The translations under genes were made by a program, and so were the position numbers. From Felis catus (taxonomy: Eukaryota): 64,000 nt of DNA. Every line of letters begins with the position of its first letter. Position 1 is the stretch's first letter. Below are positions 36,546 to 50,051 of this stretch, piece after piece. The stretch lies in the NCBI RefSeq assembly GCF_018350175.1, contig NC_058383.1, positions 17,176,001-17,240,000 on the forward strand, in the 5' to 3' direction. The notes below the pieces were generated by a model. That model was not told the origin of the DNA. It was given only the letters and a program-made list of their open reading frames with translations, and ran no database searches.

Positions 36546-38178
36546 TTTTTTTATTATCTCTTTTTATTTTTTTTTAATTTACATCCAAGTTAGTTAGCAT
36601 ATAGTGTAATAATGATTTCAGGAGTAGAATCTAGTGATTCATCACCTATATATATTACACCCAGGGCTCATCCCAACAAGTGCCCTCCTCCATGCCACTT
36701 GTCCATTTAGACCATGCCCTCACCCAAAACCCCTCCAGCAACCCTTAGTTTGTTTGCTGTATTTAAGAGTCTATTATGTTTTGTCCCCCTCCCTGTTTTT
36801 ATATTATTTTTGCTTCCCTTCCCTATGTTCATCTGTTTTATATCTTAAATTCCACATATGAATGAAATCATATATTTGTCTTTGACTAATTTTGCTTAGC
36901 ATAGTGCACTCTAGTTCCATCCACATTGTTGCAGATGGCAAGATTTCATTCTTTCTGATTGCCAAGTAATACTCCATTGTGTATATATACCACCTCTTCT
37001 TTATCCATTCATCTGTAGATGACATTTGGGACATTTGGACTCTTTCCATACTTTGGCTATTGTTAATAGTGCTGCTGTAAACATTGGGGTGCATGTGCCC
37101 CTTCGAATCAGCATTTTTGTATTCTTTGGATAAATACCTAATAGTGCAATTGCTGGGACATAAGGTAGCTAAATTTTTTATTTTTTGTGGCAACTCCATA
37201 CTGTCTTCCAGAGTGGCTGCACCAATTTACATTCCCACCAACAGTGCAAAAGGGTTCCTCTTTCTTTGCATCCTAGCCAACATCTGTCATTTCCCGAGTT
37301 GTTAATTTTAGCCATTCTGACAGGTGCTAGGTGGTATCCCATTGTGGTTTTGATTTGTACTTCCCTGATGATGAGTGATGTTGAGCATTTTTTCATGTGC
37401 CTGTTAGCCATCTGGATGTCTTTTTTGGAAAAGTGTCTATTCATGTCTTATTCCCATTTCTTCACTGGACCATTTGTTTTTTTGGGTGTTGCGTTTGATA
37501 AGTTCTTTATAGATTTTGGATACTAACCCCTTATCTAATGTCATTTGCAAATATCTTCTCCCATTCTGTCAGTTGCCTTTTAGTTTTGCTATTTCCTTCG
37601 CTGTGCAGAAGCTTCTTATTTTGAGGTCCCAATAGTTCATTTTTGCTTTTGTTTCCCTTGCCTTTGGAGATGTGTTGAGAAAGAAGTTGCTGCAGCTGAG
37701 GTCAGAGAAGTTTTTACCTGCTTTCTCCTCTAGGAATTTGATGGCTGTCTGTCTTACATCTGTGTCTTTTATCCATTTTGAGTTTTTTTGTGTGTATGGT
37801 GTAAGAAAGTGATCCAGGTTCATTCTTCCACATGTCACTGTTTAGTTTTCCCTACACCATTTGCTGAAGATACTGTCTTTATTTCATTGGATATTCTTTC
37901 AGGCTTTGTCAAAGATTAGTTGGCCATACATTTGTGGGTCCATTTGGGGATTCTCTATTCTGCTCCATTGATCTATGTGTCTGTTTTTGTGCCACTACCA
38001 TACTGTCTTAATGATTACAGCTTTGTAGTACATCTTGAAGTCCGGAACTGTGATACCTCCAGCTTTGGTTTTCTTTTTCAGGATTGCTTTGACTATTCAG
38101 GGTCTTCTCTGGTTCCATACAAATTTTAGGATTGTTTGTTTTAGCTCTGTGAAGAATGCTGGTATTATTTTGAGAGGG
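36546..38178 (-). mobile_element. 5'-truncated carnivore L1 (1.6 kb)
   Basis: Minus-strand ORF2 C-terminal ORFs; poly(T) at the left end; TSD tag(g/a)taa(a/c)gtgaatttta at 36528-36545 and 38274-38291. Confidence 0.92.
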
Positions 38179-38180
38179 TC

Positions 38181-38270
38181 GTCTACGGCCATACCACCCT
38201 GAACGCGCCCGATCTCGTCTGATCTCGGAAGCTAAGCAGAGTCGGGCCTGGTTAGTACTTGCATGGGAGA
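38181..38270 (+). pseudogene. 3'-truncated (nt 1-90), tailless 5S rRNA pseudogene
   Basis: GTCTACGGCCATACCACCCTGAACGCGCCCGATCTCGTCTGATCTCGGAAGCTAAGC...; 2 mismatches to the recalled mammalian 5S; no poly(A) tail. Confidence 0.95.
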
Positions 38271-38610
38271 GGGTAGATAACGTGAATTTTAGATTGCATC
38301 ATGTTAGCTAACTCTATTTAAAAAGTCAAGAGATTGCATAAATATTTGGAAAGGATAATGAGTAAAATAAAATTCTTTTGGATTCTGAAAGGAATACAAT
38401 TCAGTTATCTGGAAAATTCAACTAGCTGATAATTGTCTAAAACATCCTGATAGTCAAGACTTTACTATTCTTAATTATTTAACTCTTGTTTACAAATTTC
38501 CACCATATTGTTTATTGTTAGTTATGTCATGTGTGTTTGGTCTTCACAGCCAAGTTGTATGTTTTCTTTTGTATTCAATAATATTATGTAAATAAGTTTC
38601 TTTTCACACA

Positions 38611-38641
<31 letters not shown>

Positions 38642-39597
38642 ACAAACATGCCTCAAAGTTATCCACCTGAAGAGCAAGGGGTCTAAATTCTTATCCACAA
38701 TTCACATCAGCTATTGGTTGAGGGGTGTTCTCTGTGGTAGCCTAATTCTCTGGTACTCCCAACCTGCCTGACCTACACCCACATAGAGACTCCAAGAAAC
38801 AGAAAGAACGGTCAGGCAAGCACTTGCAGGCAATGATAGCTAGAAATCTGACTAGATTACATAAGAATGTTAAACACTGATTGGGATGTGAGTGGAGAAA
38901 CTACGATGTCTGCTACAGATAGTCAAGTATTTTTTCATAGCACTTATCATGACATGAAATTATGTATTTATTTAGTTTTTCTATTGTTTGACTCCCAAAT
39001 ATAATAAATAACCTCTCTAAGAGCAGAGACTCTTGTGTGTCTTGCTCATCACTCTATTTCCAGTGCACAGAACAGTGGCTGGTTCTAATAAAGATCCCCT
39101 CAAAATTAATTGAAACAGAGTGATGATTCCAAAAGATAGCAAAGTAGGGAGAACGAGGAATTCTTCTCCCTACCTAGACAGCAATTGTAATGGCATAATC
39201 TGTCTGGTGGGACTGTATAGGAACTCTGGAGTCTATGTATACACTTGTGGCTAATTTCAGTCTATTTCATTTCTTATTATTGCAGCAGCTATGGATCTCC
39301 CATCTCCCACAGTCTGGCAGCAGGAAGCTGTGTTTATGTTCCGGGAGCAGCTTGCATGCAGCTTGCAGGAGTGTTCTGATTGTTGATTGCAGCTTCTGAT
39401 CTCAGAGTTTCAGACACAGGCAGGCAGCCATGTTGGATTTCCATCCTCCACAGATATGCAAGCCCCTCCATCTCTGACTGAAGCAAAATCCAGGAGATTT
39501 AAAGGGCTCCTGACATTTTCTTCTCCATTTTTTCTCCTTTTCTTTTTTTGGGGGGAGCCAGCCATTTAAGAACTAGGACATTCAAAAGAAACTGCTA

Positions 39598-39739
39598 TTG
39601 AAAACTGAGAACAAACTAAGGGTTGATGGGGGGTGGGAGGGTGGGGAGGGTGGGTGATGGGTATTGAGGAGGGCACCTTTTGGGATGAGCACTGGGTGTT
39701 TATAGAAACCAATTTGACAATAAATTTCATATTTAAAAA
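39598..39739 (+). mobile_element. Short L1_Fc-type 3' end with 14-bp TSD
   Basis: TSD aaaagaaactgcta at 39584-39597 and 39740-39753. Confidence 0.9.
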
Positions 39740-40275
39740 AAAAGAAACTGCTACATGGAAGAGTCTGAAAAGTCACCATAAATGCCCAAAGAGGACATTA
39801 ATACCTCAAGCTGATCCCTGACACAGAGATAGCCTACAACAATGAGAGAATGAGAGAGACAGAGAGAACACAAACCCTGGGGAAGGGAAAGAATCTGATT
39901 TCCAGAGCTACTATATTGTTAGAAAGTATGGCCCAATTCAAAGGGGAAAAAAAATGGAAACTATTCCAGAGGAAGACCAGATGGTAGACCTAGACACTTT
40001 AAAACAATTGCCTTTATGGGGCGCCTGGGTGGCTCAGTCGGTTAAGCGTCCGACTTCGGATCAGGTCATGATCTTGCGGTTCATGAGTTCGAGCTCCGCG
40101 TCGGGCTCTGTGCTGACGGCTCAGAGCCTGGAGCCTGTTTTGGATTCTGTGTCTCCCTCTCTCTCTGACCCTCCCCCGTTCATGCTCTGTCTCTCTCTGT
40201 CTCAAAAATAAATAAAGGTTAAAAAAAATTAAAAAAACAAAAGGAGAGCATTTAAAAAAAAACAATTGCCTTTAT

Positions 40276-43200
40276 ATCATAATTAAGGTCTATCCACCAA
40301 GATTTATAACAATTGCAAATATTTATACCCCCAACTTGCAAGAACCCAAGTATATAAATCAATTACAAACATAAAGAAACTCATTGATAATAATACCATA
40401 ATAATAGGGGCACCCGGGTGGCTCAGTTGGTTAAGTGTCCGACTTCAGCTAAAGTCACAGTCTTGTGCTCTGTGAGTTCAAGCCCTATGTCAGGCTCTGT
40501 GCTGACAGCTCAGAGCCTGGAACCTGCTTCAGATTCTGTGTCTCCCTCTCTTTCTGCCCCTCCCCTGCTCATGCTCTCTCTCTCTCTCTCTCTCTCTCTC
40601 AAAGATAAATAAAGATTTAAAAAAATAATAATACCACAATAGTAGGGGATTTCAACACCCCACTTATAGAAATGAATAGATCATCTAAGCAAAAAATTAA
40701 CAAGGAAACAATGACTTTAAACCATACACTGGACCAGATGGACCTAACAGATATATTAAGAACATTTCATCCTAAAGCAGCAGAATACACATTCTTCTTG
40801 AGTGCACATGGGACATTCTTGAGAATAGATTACATACTGGGTCACAAATCAGCCCTCAAAAAATGCAAAAAGATTGAGATCATACCGTGCACATTTTCAG
40901 ACCATGACACTATGACACTTGAAATCAACCACAAGAAAAATTTTTTAAAGATCATGAATAATTGGAGATTAAAGAACATCTTGCTAAAGAACTAATGGGT
41001 TAACCAAGAAATAAAAGAGGAAACTAAAAAGTACATGGAAGCCAGTGAAAATGAAAACATGATAGTCCAAAATCTGTGGGATGCAGCAAAGGCAATCATA
41101 AGTATACAGCAATCCAAACCTCCTTAAAGAAGGAAAAAAAATGTCTCAAATACACAACCTAACCTTACACCTAAAGGAGCTGGGAAAAGAACATCAAATA
41201 AAGCCCAAAAACAGCTGAAGAAGGAAACTAATAAAGATTAGAGCAGAAATCAATAATATTGAAGAAAAAAAAAAAACTCAGTAGAACCAATCAATGAAAC
41301 CAGAAGCTGGTTCTTTGAAAGAATTAACAAAACTGGTAAACCCCTAGTCAGATTTATCAAAAAGAAAAAGGAAAGGACCCAAATAAATAAAACCATAAAT
41401 GAAAGTGGAGAGATCACAACACCACAGAAATACAAACAATGATAAGAGAATATTATGAGTAAGTATATGCCAACAAATAGGGCAATCTGGAAGAAATGCA
41501 CAAGTTCCTAGAAATATAAACCACCAAAACTGAAACAGGAAGAAGTAGAAAATTTGAACAGTCCCATTACCAGTAAGTAAATTGAATCAGTAATCAAAAA
41601 TCTCCCAACAAACAAGAGTCCAGGGTTGGATGGCTTCCCAGAGGAATTCTAATAAAAACATTTGAATAACAGTTAACACCTATTCTTTTGAAGATGTTCC
41701 AAAACAAGTAGAAATGAAAGGAAAATTTCCAAACTCATTCATGAGGCCAGCATTACTTTCATTCCAAAACCAGGCAAAGATCCCACTAAAAAGAAGAATT
41801 ACAGACCAATCTCCCTGATAAACATGGATGCAAAAATTCTCAAAAGATAACAGCAAACCAAATCCAATAATACATTAAAGAATCATTCACCATGATCAAG
41901 TGGGATTTATTCCTGGACTGTAGGGGTGGTTCAATATCCATAAATGATGTATCACATTAATAAAAGAAAGGATAGAACCACATGATCCTCTCAATAGATG
42001 TAGAAAAGGCATTTGACAAAATACAGCATCCTTTCTTGATAACAACTCGCAAGGGGGTAGGGATAGAAGGAATATACTTCAAATTGTAAAGGCCGTATAT
42101 GAAAGACCCACAGCTAATATCATCCTCAATGGGGAAAAATTGAGAGCTTTCCATCTAAGGTCAGAAATACAGCAGGGATGTCCACTCTCACCACTGTTGT
42201 TCAACATAGTGTTGGAAGTCCTAGCCTCAGCAATCAGACAACAAAAAGAAATAAAAGGCATACAAATCAGCAAGTAAGAAGTCAAACCTTCACTCTTCGC
42301 AGATGACATGATACTCTGTGGAAAACCCGAAAGACTCCAACACAAAACTTCTAGAACTGCCACATGAATTCGGCAAAGTCACAGGATATAAAAATCCATG
42401 TACAGAAATCAGTTTCATTGCTATACACCAATAATGAAGCAGCAAAAAGAGAAATCAAGGAATCAATCCTATTTACAATTGCACCAGAAACCAACCTTAA
42501 GTACCTAGGGATAAACCTAACCAAAGAGGTAAAAGATCTGCATGCCGAAAACTACAGAAAGCTTATAAAAGAAATTGAATAAGACACAAAGAAATGGGGG
42601 AAAATCCACGTTCATTGATCAGAAGAACAAATATTGCTAAAATGTCAACACTGCCCAAAGCAATCTACACATTCAATGCAATCCCTATCAAAATAATACC
42701 AGCATTCTTCACAGAGCTAGAACAAACAATCCTACAATTTGTATGGAACCAGAAAAGACCCTGAATAGACAAAGCAATCCTGAAAAAGAAAACCAAAGCT
42801 GGAGACATCACAATTCCAGACTTCAAGCTGTATTCCAAAGCTGTAATCATTAAGACAGTATGGGACTGCTACAAAGACAGACACATAGATCAATGCAACA
42901 GAATACAGAACCCAGAAATGGACCCACAAATGTATGGCCAGCTAGAAAGATTATCCAATGGAAAAAAGATAGTCTCTTCAGCAAATGATGTTGGGAAAAT
43001 TGGACAGTGACATGCAGAAGAATGAACCTGGACCACTTTCTTACACCATCTACAGAAATAAATTCAAAATGGATGAAAGACCTATATGTGACACAGGAAG
43101 CCATCAAAATCCTACAGGAGAAAACAGGCAACATCTTTGATTTCAGCAGCAGCAACTTCTTACTAGACACGTCTCTGGTGGCAAGGGAAATAAAAGCAAA

Positions 43201-43369
43201 AACAAACTATTGTGACCTCATCAAGATAAAAAAAGGCATCTAGGGGCACCTGGATGGCTCAGTCAGTTAAGTGTCTGACTTGAGCTAAGGTCATGATCTC
43301 ACGGTTCATAGGTTCACGTCCTGCACCGAGCTCTCTATTTTCAGCACAGAGCCTACTTCAAATCCTCTG

Positions 43370-43409
<40 letters not shown>

Positions 43410-44248
43410 CTCCCCCACTTGCACTCTCTCCCTCAAAAATAAACTTTAAAATAAAAAAAGTTTCTGCACAGAGAAGGAAATAATCAACAAAACTATAAGG
43501 CAACTTTCAGAATGGAAGAAGATATTTGCAAATGACATATCAGATAAAGGGTAAGTATCCAAAATCTATAAAGAACTTATCAGACTCAACACCCAAAAAA
43601 CAAGTAATCCAGTGAAGAAATGGGCAAAAGATATGAACAGACATTTTTCCAAAGAACACATCCAGATGGCTAACAGACACATGAAAATATGCTCAACATC
43701 ACTCATCATCAGGGAAATACAAATCAAAACCATGGTAAGATACCACCTCACACCTGTCAGAATGGTTAAAATTAACAACTAGGGCAATGACCTATGTTGG
43801 CGAGGATGTGGAAAAAAGGCAACTCTTTTGCACTGTTGGTGGGAATGCAAACTGGTGCAGCAACTCTGGAAACCAGTATGGAGTTTGCTCAAAAAATCAA
43901 AAATTGAGCTACCCTACAACCCAGCAATTGCTACTAGGTATTTATCCAAAGGATACAAAAATGCTGATTCGAAGGGGCACATGTACCCCAGTGTTTATAG
44001 CAGCACTATCAACAATAGCCAAATTATGGTAAGAGCCCAAATGTCTATCGACAGATGAATGGATAAAGAAGATGTGATATATAGGGGTGCCTGGGTGGCT
44101 AAATCAGTTAACCATCCAACTTCACCTCAGGTCACGGTCTCACAGTTCATGAGTTTGAGCTCCTTATCAGGTGAGCTTGAGTCCCACTTTGGGATTCTCT
44201 CTCTTTCCCTCTCTCTCTCCCTCTCTCTCTCTCTGCCCCTCATGGGGT

Positions 44249-44280
<32 letters not shown>

Positions 44281-44800
44281 TCTCTCTCTCTCCACCCCTT
44301 GCTCACTCACACTCATTCTCTCTCTCTCTCTCAAAAATAAATAAATATAGCTATTTATTTATTTATACAATATAATATTACTCAGTGATAAAAAAGAATG
44401 AAATATTGCTATTTGGAACAACATGGATAGAACTAGAATGTATTATGTTAAGTGAAATAAGTCAGTCAGAGAAAGACAAATATCATATTATTTCACTCAT
44501 ATATGGAATTTAAGAAACACAACAGATAAACATAGGGGAAAGGAAGGAAAAATAAGATAAAAACAGAGAGGGAGGCAAGCCATAAGAGATTCTAAAATAC
44601 AGAGAAAAAAAAAAAACAAGGGTTGCTGGAGGACGTTGGGTGGGGGGAATGGCTAAATGGGTGATGGGCCTTAAGGAGGGCACTTGTTGGGATGAGCACT
44701 GGGTGTTATATGTAAATGATAATTTACTAAATTCTACTCCTGAAACCAATACTGCAGTGCTCGTTAACTAACTTAGATTTAAATAAATAAATAAGTAAAT
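40276..44800 (+). mobile_element. 5'-truncated carnivore L1 (most of ORF2 plus 3'UTR) with three nested SINEs
   Basis: EN and RT (ttcgcagatgacatg = FADDM) remnants with many stops; A-rich tail at 44781-44800. Confidence 0.92.
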
Positions 44801-44862
44801 AAAACAACTGCTTAAAATTGCTCAAATAACTAAAGGAAAACATAGAGAAAGTAAAGAAATTA

Positions 44863-44986
44863 CATATATATGTATGTATGTATGTATATATATATACATA
44901 TATATACATATGTATAATATATATGTATGTTATATATATGTATATTATATTATATAATACATCTGTATATTATATTATACATACAT
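44863..44986. repeat. Degenerate (TA/TG/CA) microsatellite
   Basis: Read directly. Confidence 0.9.
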
Positions 44987-46815
44987 AAACAAAATGGAAA
45001 TATCAATAAAAGGAAGCCAAAAAGAAATTTTAGAGCTGAAAGGTGCATTAATTGAAGTGTAAAATTCATTAGAAAGTTACAAAAGCAGGTTTGATCAGAC
45101 AGAAAAATGAATTAGCAAACTTAAAGGTAGGACAATAACCTGTAGTTACTGAGTCTGAGAAACAACAAAAAATTGAAGAAAAGTTAAGAGTGTACGGGAT
45201 CTGTGAAACATGATTTTTTTTTAATGTTTATTTTTGAGAGAGAGAGAGCAGGAGAGGAGCAGAGAGAAGAGAGAGAAAATCCCAAGCAGACTGATTGCTG
45301 TCATTGGAAAGCCCAACTTGGGGCTCAATCTCACAAACCATGAGATCATGACCTGAGTCAAAATCAAGAGTTGGACACTTAACCAACTGAGCCACCCAGA
45401 TGGCCCCCTGTGGAACATCATTAAGCAGACCAATATACACATTGTGGAAGTGTCAGAAGATGAGAGAGGGGGTCAGAGAGATTTTCTGAAGAAATAATGG
45501 CTAAAATTCCCAATTTTTTGAAGGACATGAATATATATATTACAAAAGCTCAATAAATTCCAAGCAGGATGAACTCAAGGAGACTCATACATGGCATATT
45601 ATAATCAAACTGTCAAAAGCCAAAGACAAGAGAGTCTGAAAGCAGCAAAAGAGAAGTGAATCATCACAAAGAAGGGATATTAAATAAAATTTCAGCAGAT
45701 TTCTCATCAAAAACTTTGGAGGCCAAAAGGCATTGGGCTGATATTTTCAAAGTACTGGAAGAAAAAAATTGTAAGCCAAGAATTTTATATCCCACAAAAC
45801 TGTCCTTCAAAAGTCAAAGAGAGGGGTGCCTGGGTGGTTCAGTTGGTTGAGCATCTGGCTCTTGATTTTGGTTCAGGTGGTGATCTCAGTCGGGGGATTG
45901 AGCCCTGTGTCAAGCTCTTCTCTGACAGCATGGAGCCTGCTTGGGATTCTGTCTCACCTTCTTTCTCTGTCCCTCCCCTGCTCACACACACACTCTCTCA
46001 AAATAAATAAAGAAACATTAAAAAAAAAAAGTGAAGGAGAAATCAAGACATTCCCAGGTAAACAAAAGCTGAAGGAGCTCATTACCACTAGATCTACCCT
46101 GAAACAAATGCTAAAGGGAGTCCTGCAGTTTAAAATGAAAGGACACTAGGGGCACCTGGGTTCTTGGTCCGACTCTTGGTTTTAGCTCAGGTCATGATCT
46201 CATGGTTTGTGGGGTCAAACTCCATATCAGGCTCCATGATAAGTGCAGGGGGCCTGCTTGGGGTTCTCTCTCCCTCTCTCTCTCTCTGCCCCTCCCCTGC
46301 TCTCTCTCTCTCTCTCTCTCTCTCTCAAAATGAATAAATAAACTTTAAAAAAAGAAGTGAAAATACACTACTCAACAACTTGAAGTCATATGAAGAAATG
46401 AAAATCTCAGTTAAAGGTAAATACATGCAGTAGTAAACACTAGTGTTATTGTAACAATGGTGTGTAACTCCTTTTTTTGGTTTTCTACACAATTTAAGAG
46501 ATTGATCCACTTTGTAAACTACTAATCTAAAGGCTAGTATTACTAGCTTTGGTTTGTATGCCACATTTTATTTTCTACATAATTTAAGAAACTAATGCAT
46601 AGTTAAAAACATGTATTAGTCTATTTTTTGGTCATGCAGTGTATAAAGATGTAATTTTGTGACATAAATAAGCAAAATGGAGGGTGGAGGGCGTCTGGGT
46701 GCCTCAGTCAAACATCTGACTCTTGATTTCAGCTCAGGTCATAATCTCATGATCATGAGATAGAGCCCTACCATCAGTCTCCACACTCGGCATTGAGCCT
46801 GCTTAACATTTTCTT

Positions 46816-46861
<46 letters not shown>

Positions 46862-47504
46862 TGCCCTTCCCCCACTCTTTCTTTCTCTAAATAAATAAAT
46901 AAACAAGTAAGCCAAATTCCATGGGCATGGAGCTATATAAAAGCAGAGTTTAGTATGTTACTGAAGTGAAGCTAGTATAAATTCAAATTAGGGGTGTCTG
47001 GGTGGCTTAGTCAGTTGAGCATCTGACTTCGGCTCAGGTCATGATCTCACAGTTCAAGTCCCGCAGTGGGTTCTGTGCTGATAGTCCAGAGCCTGGAGCC
47101 TGCTTCGGATTCTGTGTCTCCCTCTCTCTCTGCCCCTAACCCACTTGCATTCTGTCTCTGTCTGTCTCAAAAATAAATAAACATTAAAAATTTTTTAATT
47201 AAAATTAAAATGTTATAACTATGATGTTAAATGTAATCCCCATGGTAACCAAACCCCATGTATACAATATACAAAAATGGAAATGAGAATGGAATTTAAA
47301 TGTTTCACTGCAAAAAAAAAAATCAACTAAACCCAAAAAATGTAATGCATAAAATGAAGGATATAAAAGTCATAAACATAAAGAAAATAAACAGCAACAT
47401 GACAGAAGTAAGTCCCTCTTTATCAGTAATTACTTCATATGTAAATGGATTAACCTCTTTACAAAAGACAAGGATTATAGAATGGATTTGAAAAACAGGA
47501 TCCA

Positions 47505-48899
47505 TGGCACAAAAACAGACACATAGACCAATGGAACAGAATAGAAACCCCAGAACTAGACCCACAAACGTATGGCCAACTCATCTTTGACAAAGCAGGA
47601 AAGAACATCCAATGGAAAAAAGACAGCCTCTTTAACAAATGGTGCTGGGAGAACTGGACAGCAACATGCAGAAGGTTGAAACTAGACCACTTTCTCACAC
47701 CATTCACAAAAATAAACTCAAAATGGATAAAGGACCTAAATGTGAGACAGGAAACCATCAAAACCTTAGAGGAGAAAGCAGGAAAAGACCTCTCTGACCT
47801 CAGCCGTAGCAATCTCTTACTCGACACATCCCCAAAGGCAAGGGAATTAAAAGCAAAAGTGAATTACTGGGACCTTATGAAGATAAAAAGCTTCTGCACA
47901 ACAAAGGAAACAACCAACAAAACTAAAAGGCAACCAACGGAATGGGAAAAGATATTCGCAAATGACATATCGGACAAAGGGCTAGTATCCAAAATCTATA
48001 AAGAGCTCACCAAACTCCACACCCGAAAAACAAATAACCCAGTGAAGAAATGGGCAGAAAACATGAATAGACACTTCTCTAAAGAAGACATCCAGATGGC
48101 CAACAGGCACATGAAAAGATGCTCAACGTCGCTCCTTATCAGGGAAATACAAATCAAAACCACACTCAGGTATCACCTCACGCCAGTCAGAGTGGCCAAA
48201 ATGAACAAATCAGGAGACTCTAGATGCTGGAGAGGATGTGGAGAAACGGGAACCCTCTTGCACTGTTGGTGGGAATGCAAATTGGTGCAGCCACTCTGGA
48301 AAGCAGTGTGGAGGTTCCTCAGAAAATTAAAAATAGATCTACCCTATGACCCAGCAATAGCACTGCTAGGAATTTATCCAAGGGATATAGGAGTACTGAT
48401 GCATAGGGCCACTTGTACCCCAATGTTCATAGCAGCACTCTCAACAATAGCCAAATTATGGAAAGAGCCTAAATGTCCATCAACTGATGAATGGATAAAG
48501 AAATTGTGGTTTATATACACAATGGAATATTACGTGGCAATGAGAAAAAACGAAATATGGCCTTTTGTAGCAACGTGGATGGAACTGGAGAGTGTGATGC
48601 TAAGTGAAATAAGCCATACAGAGAAAGACAGATACCATATGGTTTCACTCTTATGTGGATCCTGAGAAACTTAACAGGAACCCATGGGGGAGGGGAAGGA
48701 AAAAAAAAAAAAAAGAGGTTAGAGTGGAAGAGAGCCAAAGCATAAGAGACTGTTAAAAACTGAGAACAAACTGAGGGAGATGGGGGGTGGGAGGGAGGAG
48801 AGGGTGGGTGATGGGTATTGAGGAGGGCACCTTTTGGGATGAGCACTGGGTGTTGTATGGAAACCAATTTGTCAATAAATTTCATATAAAAAAAAAAAA
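47505..48899 (+). mobile_element. Young 5'-truncated L1_Fc with uninterrupted ORF2 C-terminus and perfect 15-bp TSD
   Basis: 329-aa ORF; TSD gaaaaacaggatcca at 47490-47504 and 48900-48914. Confidence 0.95.
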
Positions 48900-50051
48900 G
48901 AAAAACAGGATCCAACTATATGTGTGTGCTTTCCATAAAAGACTCACTTTATTTTTTTAATGTTTATGTATTTATTTTTGAGAGAAAGAAAGAGAGCAGG
49001 GGAGAGGGAGAGAGAGAGGGAGAGAGAGAATCCCAAGCAGGCTCTGCACTGCCAACGCAGAGCCCAACACGGGGCTTGATCCAGGAACCATGAGATCATG
49101 ACCTGAGCCAAAATCCAGAGTTGGACACTCAACTGACTGAGCCACCCAGGTGCCCCTTAAGTCCCAACAGATTTCTTTAAGCTCTACACCTAACATGGGT
49201 CTTGAACTCACTACCCCAAGATGTGTGCTATACTGACTGAGCCAGCCAGGAACCCCACTCTCAATACATTTTAAAAGATAGATATTATACAAAGTATCTT
49301 TTCCAACCATAATGGGAGCAAATTAGAATCAACAATAGAAGGAAAACTGGGAAATTTACAAATTTGTAAAAAAAATTAAGCAATACACTCTTAAACAAAC
49401 AATGGGTCAAAGAAGAAATTACAAGGGAAATTTTAAAATACTTAGAGATGAATGAAGCAAAAACACGACATATCAAAACTTAAAATGGGACGACATGAAA
49501 GCAGTGTTAAGGGAAAATTTATAGCTATAAACATTAAAATAAAAGGAAGACCTCAAATCAATATCCTAATTTTACAATTTAAGGAATCAGAAATTCAGGG
49601 GCGCCTGGGTGGTTCAATCAGTTAAGTGTATGAGTATTGATTTTGGCTTAGGTCATGATCTCATGGTTCATGGGTTCTAGCCTTACATTGGACTCTGTGC
49701 TGATAGCACAGAGCCTGCTCGGGATTCACTGTATCTCTCTCTGCCCCTCCCTGGCTCACAGTCACACACACATGCGTGCACTCTCACTCTCTTTCCTTCT
49801 CTCTCAAAATAAATAATTTTTTTAAAGGAACTAAAGGGATGACTAGGTGGCTCAGTCGGTTAAGTGTCTGACTTTGGCTCAGGTCTTGATCTCTCAGTTT
49901 GTGGGTTCAAGCCCTGGGTGGGACTCTGTACTGACAGCTCAGAGCCTAGAGCCTGCTTCAGATTCTGGGTCTCCCTCTCTCTCTGCCCCTCCCCCACTCA
50001 CACTCTATCTCTCACTCAAAAATAAATGAACATTAAAAAAATTTTTTAACT

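Larger units (their letters stand above)
39120..49590 (+). mobile_element. Ancient L1M-type host element (5'UTR, ORF1, ORF2-EN remnants) broken up by nested L1s and SINEs
   Basis: ORF1-like translation at 45656-46149 (KPRILYPTKLSFK, EGEIKTFPGKQKLKE); endonuclease-domain start near 47400. Boundaries approximate. Confidence 0.7.

Noticed and set aside
38181..38270. Functional 5S rRNA gene
   Set aside because: Truncated at nt 90 within the C box, no T-run terminator, and not in a tandem array.
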